Of a stretch of DNA of 64,000 nucleotides, positions 1 to 11,900 are shown piece by piece. The position numbers and the translations under genes are program-made. The notes beneath the pieces were generated by a model. That model was not told the origin of the DNA. It worked only from the letters and a program-made list of their open reading frames with translations, and made no database searches. Within the stretch, counting starts at the first letter, position 1. Every line of letters starts with the position of its first letter. The stretch comes from Macrostomum lignano (Eukaryota): contig NIVC01001092.1 in NCBI GenBank assembly GCA_002269645.1, positions 1 to 64,000 of the forward strand. The letters run 5' to 3'.

Positions 1-250
1 GGAGTTCTAATCTCCATCTACTGGAACAATTCTGTGTCCTTGAGCAAGACGCTTAACTCTTGCATTGCTTCAGTTCACCCAGCTGTAAAATGGGTGCCAG
101 CATTAGCTGGGTAATTGAGGGTGTGTGTGGCGACCCCCCAGTCCTTGGACTGAACAGCCGTACGCAGCCTTCAGATGCGCGCGCAATAGCTGCGGCTAGC
201 TGTCGGTTGCACATCTAGCCCATTAGTGCAGGTGTAATCAATTACAAACA
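1..250 (+). mobile_element. CORE-type SINE copy 1 (head truncated at window edge)
   Basis: TGTGTCCTTGAGCAAGACGCTTAAC...CAGTTCACCCAGCTGTAAAATGGG resembles the MIR/CORE-SINE core. The body (GGGTGCCAGCATTAGCTGG...GGCGACCCC...CCTTGGACTGAACAGCC) recurs at ~21211 and ~52831. Confidence 0.75.
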
Positions 251-1140
251 TTGAAACACTTAAAACTGTTACCACTGCGTTGCTCTGCCATCCAGGCTTC
301 GGACTTCTCCTATGCTACTCTCTGCAGGACTCATTTTATGCTTTTTATGTTTTTTTTCTGCGACGTTGGCGACTTTTGAGCTGGAATTGTAAAATAGCGC
401 TCAATTCAAAGGTTTAAAAACTTACAGATTGGCGGCTCATTTGTCTTCTGCGATGGTAATTCGTCTTAACTTTTCACAAAATATAACTTATTTCCTTTAA
501 AACGAATAAGGCTTCGAAAAAATACATGTATGAAGTTTGAGAGCACAATTTAAGCATGTGTGATTGTTTGACTTGATTTTCAACATTTTCCGTTCCACCT
601 GCCCCGTAGCTGCGCGACAAGCGGCTCTCAAATCCGCCAACACGTTTTCCCATTAGGCCGAATTGTGCCGAAAATGAAATTTTCTTGACCCAGAATCTGA
701 CTGACTGGCGACTGCCCTCTGCCGGCGCCACCAAAACAGAAAAAATCTCGCCAAAAAATTCTCAATCAAAAACTATTTACCGCGTCCGTAGCTTCAGCAG
801 TTTTACTGTATCAAAGTATATTGTTTGAATGAGAAAACACTGGTCAGAATGATATTTTGCTGAACCAAGCGAAAGCAATGTCTGCTAGGCGCCAATGCAG
901 AGAGTCACAAAAAGCTGAAGTATCAATGAAAAAATATTGATAGAATCGAGCCTGTCTGCAGGCCAGGCCAGTCGGAGTTGGCAGGTCAAAAACGATGAGC
1001 AAAATAATAAGTTGCTTCCAATCCATCAAGCAGAGCGGAAAAATCAACATGAAGTACAAAGTAAATAAATCTTTCATTACAGCTGAAGCCAGTTGTCACC
1101 AAGTGCAAATTTCACATTGGCACCATTGCAGTCCGCAAAA

Positions 1141-4100
1141 TCAGGTTTTTGCATGTTCAAGTAAAAGTTGACCCCTTGAAGTCCGGTTCAGCTGTTCAGC
1201 TACTGGACGCAGCAGGCCCGCGAGTTTTCCACCCGGTTGATCTCGCCACTGGCTCACCAGCTGCGCGATCTTCATGCCGGCGGCCAGAGACGGGTTGGTC
1301 TCGTCCCCGGCCCCGCCGCCTCCGGCCAGTCCTTGTCGCTCCTTGTACACGGCCTCCTCCTGCCGGCTGGGCAGCTCGTTGACCACCCGCACACCAGGGT
1401 AGCGTCTGACGGGTCAGCGATCGCCAGCAGCGTCAGGGAGCCATCGATGCCGCCGCAGGCGATGGCCGCGACCGTCAAGGGCGCTGACCATCGACTTGAT
1501 CTCGGCGTGCACTTTGAAGTCGGCCAGCAGGGCGGCGTCCTCGACTCGGATTAGCCGGATAGTCTTTCTGCCGCTGTGAAAGTGCGCAATGTACTTGTCG
1601 CCCTCCGTGAATATTGTGATGCTGGGAAACACTCCGTCAGAAGTCTGCCGCCGAAGCACCCACTTGGAGTTCTGCGGCTTCCGCAAGTCGATCAGCTTCA
1701 CGCCGCCAACCAGAGGTGAGAACAGGCCGAAGCGGCCGTCGGCAGTACGCAGCCCTTGCCACTCGGGCACGGAGCGCACCAACTGCTTCTTGCGCGAATC
1801 CCAGAGCTGGCCTTTCTCCTCATCGATAAAAGCGATCCAGCCCGGCTTGTCCGGCAGGGAGACAATTTGCTTCACGGCATTGGTGCCCTCCAGCTTTGGC
1901 TTTGTCTCTCAACGAATGCGCCAGTCGCGGCGTTATAATAGGACACTATGAACTTCTCCTTGGCAGTGCAGGGTACCAACAGCTGCATGCTGTCGATGGA
2001 GAATATTGGCGGCACAAAGTCTACAAAGTAGTATTCAAATTCATATAGCAGCTGGCTGCTGGGCACTGCGTAGCAGCAGATTGCAGCCGTCTTAGAGGCG
2101 CGCTTCTCCATGCTAACGGCCAGGACTTTTGAGCCGTCCAGCGTCATCTCCAGGGCTTCGACTGGCCCGAAGTCGCGTGACAAGAGTGACCCGCCGTCCG
2201 GCAGGGACCAGAAGACGAGGCGCCGGCTGTCGGCCGACACGGCCACGCTGGCATCGTGAGAGATGAGCGCCTTGAAGATGACAGCGTTTCCACTAGCCGA
2301 AAAAGTTTTCAACAGAACGGCCCGCTGTACGTCCCACAGTCCCAGGTAGGTGCGAGCCACCGTGAGCGCCGTGCAGCCATCCTTCGACAAGGAGATGTAG
2401 TCTATCGGCTTCTCCATGTGGTGAATGTTGAACACGCGCTCCATGATATTGTTAAAGTTCCACACCTTAATGGTCTTGTCCATGGATGAGGAGACAACGC
2501 AATTCAGTGCCACGGAATTGGTCATGGAGACAATGCGACCGAAATGGGCGTCCAGCTTCTTCATCAGAGTGCCGGTCTTGCACGAGTAGGCCATGACTAG
2601 GTGGCGGACGGCGGAGATCATGAACTCATTTCCGCGACTGAAGATCAGGAGATTCTGCATTGGATTCTTATTCGGTATGTTCTGATAGCCTTTGGGCAGC
2701 GGAGCCCTGGCGCACGGACAGCCTTGCGAAGTGAGATGCCAAATTTTGAACTCAGTAGAGCATATGGCTACCAGAATCGTCTCGTCATCGCTGAGGGAGA
2801 GACCGACGAACTCGTCGCTGTTCTCTATGGACGAGTCCCAGGTGTAATTGCCGGTATCCTTGCGCCTGGAGTAGCGATGAATAGTGAAGTTCATGGAGCC
2901 GGCCTCGTCCCGCTTGGGAAGGAACATGTGCTGCCTACTGTTGCCCATGGCCATGCCAGTGTGGTACTCGATGCTATTCGCCAGGTCGTGGCTAAAGTAG
3001 ACGCGATACTCCGACGCCACCTTGGTGTTGACTGTGCAGAAGTAGAAATTATCGGAGCCGCGATATTCGAAGTGCACAATCTCTTCGCCGGAGTCCTGCA
3101 GCTCGCCAGTGCTGAGCAGTTCAGCGGCGTGGCTGAACTCAAACCACTGCCGAGCGGTAAAGGCCAAGACAACGCAACATCGGTGGTCACCAGCACACCG
3201 CGCACATCCGAGTCCTTCGGTAGGTTATAGAAGCCGTGCTCCCCAGATACTAGATTGGTGAAGACTAGCTGGTTGTTGCTGGTGAAGCTGACCGCTCGTC
3301 GGTCCTCCGAGTCGATTCGCATGCCTTTGGTGATGCCCTGCAGGCCGTTGATTGGGATGTTGCGGAAGATCTCGCCAGTCTGCAGATCCCAGATTATGAA
3401 CTGGTTTGACACGGACACAAGGTACTTGCTGTCGCTTGTCACCTGCATTCCGTAGCAGGCAAACTGGTGGCCCTCAAGCGAGTACTCCAACGGACCGCCA
3501 GGTGTGTACAGGTAGTGGTGCGCCGGCACCAGAGCGCAGTGGACCGGGGCCTCTCGATCGCACTCGTGTATGAGATGGCGAACCTTTTCAAAGATGGCAT
3601 AATAGGGCAACAGGCGGCCGCTGATCTGCGGACCGAGCATATTCGGGTCCTTAGTGATGATGCTGGCGGAGAGTCGGAGGCACTCGCTCAGGATGCGCGC
3701 GTTCCGGTCGCTGGTCTTTGCAATCATACTGTCCAGGTCGGACAGGAGCGCTTGCAAGGGGAAGGCGCTCAGCTTGGCGTGCAGGAACTGGTAGTTGAAC
3801 AGGCACTCGCTGGCCAGCTCCGCCATCCGGCCGGATTTCAACAGTTGAAAGGGCAGCTCGCTGAGCTTGCGCAGGTTGTACCGCACAGTCTTGCCGGCCT
3901 CGTTGACGAAGCGCAACGGCTGGGGCGGCACCTTGCGATCGCTCTCCGAATTCACATCTTTAAGGCCGAAGCGTTGCTTCTGCAGCTCGCTGTAAACGAA
4001 CGGCTTGGGCACACCGGCCCACTTGCCCAGGAAGTAGTCCGCCAGGTTCGAGTGGATGCCGGACTTGAAGTTGAGATTTTTGAAGTATCGCTTCTCGCAC

Positions 4101-5894
4101 ACCTGGAAGAACTGCCGGTGGTACCAGTAAACTACGTCGACACCGTCCGCTTCCTTCTCGACTAGGAAGCCGGGCAGCTCGTTGCGGATTCGCGTCCACA
4201 GCAGGGGCGGGATGCGCCGCGTCGGTGGCAGGTGGTACTGGTAGACGTCATTGAGCACCTTCTCGTCCAGTGACAGGTTGTCCTCTAGCTCGGACTCTGA
4301 TATGCCGCTTTTCGAGGCTGTGATGTAGGAAAATGCGTGAGTCACCAGTATGAGACCGTGCTGGTTCTCGATGCGCTGGAACAGCTGCATGATGCTGTCA
4401 AAGATGTTGAAGGACAGCACGTTCTTCTCCAGCGCGTCGTACGATTTCCATCGGCAGACTTCGTCGAAAACAATCTTGACAAATAGCGGCGAAGTGGACT
4501 TGGCGAGAGCTTTGTCAACCACTTGCCACTGCTGATTGGTGATGGATCGGCTCGCTGACTGCAACCACACTCGCAGAACTTCCAACGATAGCGGCTTGCC
4601 AAGATCCTCGAGCTTCAGAAAATTTTCCGCTTTGTTCACCTTGAGTTTCAGAGTTTTCAACAGGTTGAAGAAATTCGGCAAGATTGAGACCACAATTTTT
4701 ACGTTAGGCGGAACCTCGTCAGGCAGCCACAGCAGAAGGTGGGCATTGTTCTCAGGCGACAACTCCTCCAGCGAGTCCAAAAACACAGTGAGAGGCCTGA
4801 CGGCCGATGCGCAGCTCAGCAAACCCTTGAAGTGCTGGATGAGACGCGGCAGCTCCTCCGGTATTTCGGCCGGCGGCTGGTCGTACAGGTAGCAGATGTG
4901 CCGACACAGATTGGTGAGCAGCACGCCGATTGAGGAACTCTGAGGCGACGTACCGAGGAGCCGGAAGATCACATTGGGCTCGGCTGTCTTCTGCCACTGC
5001 CAGATCTGCAACCGGTGGGGGGGGTTGCGAGTAACAAAATTTACTTAAATTCTATGAGTTGGAAACTCACCAGAGAGCTGGCCTTCGCTAGCAGGGAGGT
5101 CTTCCCGCATCCGGGGTCGCCGTACAGAACGAACAGCTGGCGGTTTCTCGAGTCCTGACAGTACGCCTCTATCTGCTGGAGCTCCGCGTGTCCCTGCCTT
5201 GGAAGACCTGGTTGTAGAAATTGGGGTTGGGGTGTATCGTGGTTACTTCTTTAAAGCTTGTTCAATCAATTATCGCAAAGAACAGGGCCCGCTGACCTCG
5301 CAGAGCTTGGCGCACACGTGCAGGTGCTGCAGGATCTCCGACATGGTCACATCGTCAGACAGCAGCCGGTTGTGCTTCATGCCGCGGTCGATCAGCTGCA
5401 CAACTCTCGTGTAGAAGGTGTCGCAGAACTCGTCCACGTAACCTGAAAAGAGAAGGCCGGCCAACTAGATATCATTAATTATTAATGCGGGTGGTCAAGC
5501 AAATTGGCTTTCCCCGTTAGCGTGCTTCTTCTTTTCAGAGTTGTTTGGTCTCAGCCGGGCCAGCTTGCTCAGCGCACACAAAATCAGACTCCCGCTATGA
5601 AGGCATTGACCGATGAAGCTGCTTTAGAAGAGGCCCCTGCCAGCTTCAGGCCTGGGACAGAGGAAAACTTCTGTCAAGTGTTAGTTTTTTACTGCTTTCC
5701 CCCAGATCTTAGCCTGACAGGGGCACTCTTGCCCGCCTGCAGTTTTTTTCTACAGTTTCTCCAATACTTAGCAAGCCAGTCAACACAATTAACTGCATCC
5801 TGTGTCACTTGCATCTTGCATTTCCTTCCAGGCTGTACTGTCCTCTGCTGTACTTCTCTCCCTCCAATCTCAGTCCCGCTCACTCCTTTCTCAA

Positions 5895-5944
<50 letters not shown>

Positions 5945-8900
5945 TCTCTATTCTCAATCCCTCTCTCTCCATTCTCATTCCCTCTCTCTCCTTTCTCAGT
6001 CCCTCTCTCTCCGGCCTCAGCATCCCTCCCTCCATTCTCGCCGTTATTGTAGCATTCTTAAGTCCCTCATTCTCAAGAACCGATTCAATTGTCTCTCCAA
6101 CTCCGCGTGTCCCCAGACCCTTCTTCTCAAGGCTCGCTCACCGCGATGCGTGTCAAGGTGAATGCCGGCAGGGTCTACCCAGGGCTGCTTGTAGCGAATA
6201 ATGGAAGATGCCCGCAGTTTGCTGGGAATTTTCACGTCGCGCAGGTTGTCCATGAGGTCCTGCGCCTCCCGGTCCACCTCTGAGCCGTTCATGTCAATAA
6301 AATTTCGCGCCACACGCCAGTTTGACAGGGTGATGCCCTCCAGGTGGCGCAGGAACGCCAGCGTATGCCGACTGTTGTTTTCGGCGGTCAGGATGCCGTG
6401 AATATTCTCGCGCTCCGTCACTAAAAATTGAGGTTGGGGGTTGTGCAATAAAATCCAGCTACTTGCCACTCACTCTCTGTGACTGTTTTGAGAGGTGACG
6501 AAAACAGGCATCCTATCTCAACTGCGTACTAGTCACGATAAACTCTGCTTACCTGGCAACCCTAGTTCCAGTCGGGTTCAGCCACTCGCTGATCCATTCT
6601 CAGACTCCCTCTATGATTCCTTCTTAGAACCCCTATGCTCCATTCTCAGACTCCCTCTATGATCCATTCTCAGACCCCTCTATGCTCCATTCTCAGTCCC
6701 CTCTATGATCCATTCTCAGTCCCCTCTATGCTCCATTCTCAGACCCCTCTATGCTCCATTCTCAGTCCCCTCTATGATCCATTCTCAGTCCCCTCTATGC
6801 TCCATTCTCAGACCCCTCTATGATCCATTCTCAGTCCCCTCTATGATCCATTCTCAGTCCCCTCTATGATCCATTCTCAGTCCCCTCTATGCTCCATTCT
6901 CAGACCCCTCTATGCTCCATTCTCAGTCCCCTCTATGATCCATTCTCAGTCCCCTCTATGATCCATTCTCAGACTCCCTCTATGATCCATTCTCAGTCCC
7001 CCTCTATGTTTTCTTCTTAGAACCCCTCTATGATCCATTTTCAGTCCCTTCTATGATTATTTCTTAGAACCCCTCTATGATCCATTCTCAGTCCCCTCTA
7101 TGAATGTTTAGGGACGCTTTCATAAGACCTAAATTTCACAACGCCTAAGTTTCATATCGCCTAAATTTCACAACGCCTAAAATCTTTGCTTCTCTCCTTC
7201 ACATTCAGTTTTAGGTGTTGTGAAATTTAAGCGATATGAAGTTAAGGCGATGTGAAGTCACGTGCTTTAGGCGTTGTGAAATTTAGGTCTTATGAAGCGC
7301 CCCCATCCATTCTCAGACCCCCTCTATGATCCATTCTCAGACCCCCTCTATGATCCATTCTCAGTCCCCTCTATGCTCCATTCTCAGTCCCCTCTATGAT
7401 TCAGTCTTATAACTCCTCTATGCTCCATTTCTCAGACTCCCTCTATGCTCCATTCTCAGTCCCCTCTATGCTCCATTCTCAGACCCCCTCTATGATCCAT
7501 TCTCAGACCCCCTCTATGATCCATTCTCAGTCCCCTCTATGCTCCATTCTCAGTCCCCTCTATGCTCCATTCTCAGACCCCCTCTATGCTCCATTCTCAG
7601 ACCCCCTCTATGATCCATTCTCAGTCCCCTCTATGCTCCATTCTCAGTCCCCTCTATGATTCAGTCTTATAACTCCTCTATGCTCCATTCTCAGTCCCCC
7701 TCTATGTTTTCTTCTTAGAACCCCTCTATGATCCATTTTCAGTCCCTTCTATGATTATTTCTTAGAACCCCTTTATGATCCATTCTCAGTCCCCTCTATG
7801 ATCCATTCTCAGACCCCCTTTATGATCCATTCTCAGACACCATCTATGATCCATTCTTAGTCCCTCTCTATGATTCTTTCTGAGAACCCCTCTATGATTC
7901 ATCCTCAAACCCCCTCTATGATCCTTCTATATAGCTTATCTAAATTAAGACTTTTCGCATGGTCCACATGCATTTTCGCCATAAATTCGTGCTCATTCGT
8001 TAATTCCCTCTTTCAATTATTGAAACTGCGCGGCTCCGTGAATTCAGCGAAGCGAAAAAATTGATTGATTCCGCAGCCAGAGCCCATTGTTATGCACTGA
8101 ACTGAATGAACAATGGACTTCGGAACTTCTCTATTTATAGCTAGGAAGCCGGTTCGCTAAAAGTTTGGTAAACAGACTTTCTCCAATGGAAGAAAATTCA
8201 CGGGGAATGTAGAAGAATAGCAGATAGCTCTATTTTTAGCTGGATGAGGTTGCCGAAAATCGCGGAAGTGCGTTGTATGTTGTATCAGTACGCAACAAAA
8301 AAAGCATTCTATTCGACAGTTATAAAGAAACCCATTCTATTCATAGCTTTGTCCCATAGAATCTCCAGAATTTCAAAATCTCAAACAACCTGGCGAAAAA
8401 AGAATCATTTTAAGCGCAACTGATTCAGAGCTATGAGAGCATTTAAAGTTTAATTGCCAAGCAAACTTGAGCGAAACTTCAAGTGAGTTTTGCAATAATT
8501 GCGAGTGTTTCGTCCTGATGTGTACAGCGGCCCGGACTTTCTAATCGTCAGGCATCTACACTCTGTGCCTCTGGGGGGTTGGCCCTTGGCAGCGGTTGTT
8601 TGAGAATTTTCCATCAAAGATAGAAGCTCCCCCAATCCCGGGCTTGCTCCGGTGAGTCGGTCCATGTTTGACATTCATCTGTCTGTGCAGACAGGTATCC
8701 CATTGTTTGCTGGGCAATGAAACTAAAAGCACTCTTCCCATAGCAGCTCTGAGCGAGTCTGGTGAATGATTTGCAAACTTTTCTGTGTGCTCTTGGTGGC
8801 CGGGGTTTTGTAGCTCAGGCTAATGCAGTTCTACCGCCTAAGCACTGTCAGCTGCAGGGAGATTGTGTACCCTGCAGGAAGGATTGTTGAAGAGAGCTTG

Positions 8901-11900
8901 GTATGCAGCAATGCCCCCCCCCATTCAAACGATAATTCAACTTCTGCTCGATAGGCTCAAAATTATTGGTGGTAAAGGCTTTAACGATGAAGAATAAAGA
9001 AGTTTTGCTTCTAGCCAATAATATTATATTTATTTACCTGAAACTGCAGATACAATCTGCCTCATGATTGTGTTGCTAGGGCTATGCCGGGAGGAAAGCG
9101 GGGCTCACCTGACATAAAATAATTATGCCGCTGATCGGCGTCAATCTTCTGCTCCTGGAAGAGCCGGTCAGTTGCCTGGCGAAAGATCAGCTGCATCTTG
9201 CCCATTGTTGTCCACCACTCGTTCTGGTGGGCCTCCATCATTTTTTGCATGCCCTGTTGAAAGTTGAGAAGCAGCGGAATTTGGTTAGAAATGTTCCCCC
9301 CACCCATGCAGTGTTGAGGCTTTTATTGAGGAATCGAGGAACTCCTGGCGATCAAATATTCTCTAGCTAAAGCTCATCTTTTAGAGCCCATCATAGTTCT
9401 TTGGGGATTAAATGAGACGTACGTAAAAAAAACCGATACTCCATATGCTCCCAAGACAAAAGAACCAGCAGGAGAGATGTTCAGAAGCCATGGATAAGCC
9501 ATAGACTATAAATGGAGAATCAAAATGAGACACAGCCTATCAATATTTCTCTGTTTCTCTGTCAGTAGCGGATCATCCATTTCTATCTGCCGCTCAGATC
9601 CTTATTTTGATTATCCATTTTTTATAGTCTATGGCTTATCCATTTGGAAGCCAAAGGGCTGCACCGCAGACCATACCGAAACGGTACAAAAGCCCAGAGA
9701 TTCAAACATGTCAATGGCATCAAAAACCATTTAGGTAGTCAAAAGCGACTACCTAGCAGCACTATCTATCTTTGGCGTATTCTTCTGTAGCGGTGCCATT
9801 AGCGCCAGTGTCACCTCAAGTAAATTTCCCCAGAGGTAAATAAAGAAGCGTGCTTATCGCGTTTTATCTATATTAACTGAGTAAACAAGCACTGGAATAA
9901 ACATTACTAACGTGCTGAGCGACGAACTAGGTGCTAAAATAAATAAAAAACGTTGTGGGATACTACTACGCTACTTGTGTGTACAAATTGCCATAGTGCA
10001 CAAAACACTAATTATCGAAATGTATTCAAAATTGAATAATTGTATTTTAAATGGAACCAAATTCAGTCAAGTCTTACTTTGTCCTGAAACAATGAGACAA
10101 GAGCGGTTTCAACAATATTAAGTGTGCAATAAATTGCCGTTTGCGAATTGAGAATAAAAGCTAAATTGCTATAGATGATCAACTTAATATCGATTCAAGG
10201 CAGAGGGTTGCAATTGAAAGTAGATTTCGGGTTAGAATGAAGCACACCGAGCAGCCCAGTGACTAATTTAATCGTATAGCTTCTTGCGCTCAGTTAAATC
10301 ATTTCTGTGTCCGATTCAAGAGTCAGTGTCTGAATCCTTCTGGTGGCCAGAAACTCGCATGTCTATGGCAAAAACTTTCGTGCTTAGTTAACGAACAGAA
10401 AACCTGAGCACCCAAAGCAGTGCAGTTTTATTTTAAGACCTTATTTAGCTGAGCGCCAAAAGTTAATTATTGATTACCCATGATTTAAGGGTGTTAATGG
10501 CATATCCTTGGTTAGTGGGTTTATCGATATGCTATGCGCCATAGACATTTTTCCTTAGCCGGGCTTAGGGAAAGTGGAAGGTTTGGGGTGGAGTGGGGTG
10601 GGTGCGGGAATGGAGCCCCCGCGAGGAGAGTCTGGGGTGGGAGTGGGGTGGGTGCGGGAATGGAGCCCCCGCGAGGAGAGTCTGGGGTGGGAGTGGGGTG
10701 GGTGCGGGAATAGAGCCCCCGCGAGGAGAGTGTGGGGTGGGTGCGGGAATGGAGCCCCCGCGAGGAGAGTGTGGGGTGGGTGCGGGAATGGAGCCCCCGC
10801 GAAGAGAGTGTGGGGTGGGTGCGGGAATGGAGCCGCCGCGAAGAGAGTGTGGGGTGGGTGCGGGAATGGAGCCCCCGCGAAGAGAGTGTGGGGTGGGTGC
10901 GGGAATGGAGCCCCCGCGAGGAGAGTGTGGGGTGGGAGTGGGGTGGGTGCGGGAATGGAGCCCCCGCGAGGAGAGTGTGGGGTGGGAGTGGGGTGGGTGC
11001 GGGAATGGAGCCCCCGCGAGGAGAGTGTGGGGTGGGAGTGGGGTGGGTGCGGGAATGGAGCCCCCGCGAAGAGAGTGTGGGGTGGGTGCGGGAATGTAGC
11101 CCCCGCGAAGAGAGTGTGGGGGGAGTGGGGTGGGTGCGGGAATGGAGCCCCCGCGAGGAGGGTATGAGGCGCAGCCTCCGCTCAATGCCATAGATAAAAA
11201 TAAAAAAACAGAAAATAGTACTGTACTAAAACTCTAAGCAGAGACAACTGCGAGGCTATAAATAAATGGAAGATTTTGTTGGTGGATAATGACATTAAGT
11301 AATTTTCATATATTTTTCGCTGGTGATTGATTTGGGAGAACTTCAATAAGGGTGAACGAACTGCACTGGATGTTTTACCTTATTGTTGAAATGGATGAGA
11401 ATGGACGAGATCGGCTGCAGCACCTGCACAGGTGGTACAAGATTCTCGTCCCGCTTGTACCAGCGCTCCAGGTAGGTCGCCTCCTCAGCTGTGCCGTGCT
11501 GCCGCACGGTGTCCAGGATGAGGTCGAACTCGCTGGCGTCAATCAGGGTCGGGAAAGGCCTGTAGCCGTATTTCTGGCCTAGCAGCACCACGAAATTGGG
11601 GCCGACGCTGACACGCTGGCAGGTGCTGATCTCCTTCAGGCATAGGTACGTTGTCATGTGATCGTCCGTGGCCTCGTCTCTGACGCCCCAGCGCATGTCA
11701 ACCACCTTCGATGGGTTAAAGTTAACAATAAGCTAGTTTGGTTCTTTTGAATAGATACGAATGTTCACAAAGTCTGAGGTGTTGCAAGCTGAGTGACTCG
11801 GCATCGCCCTAGAGTGACTCAGCATAGCCATAGAGTGACTCAGCATAGCCATAGAGTGACTCAGCATAGCCATAGAGTGACTCAGCATAGCCATAGAGTG

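Noticed and set aside
2601-4165. Plus-strand ORFs of 209 and 232 aa
   Set aside because: Antisense shadows of the GC-rich NWD coding exon; similar shadows occur over ELAV, RBBP4 and the DUF3504 gene.
10565-11193. Several 150-210 aa ORFs on both strands
   Set aside because: Products of the G-rich minisatellite within an intron.
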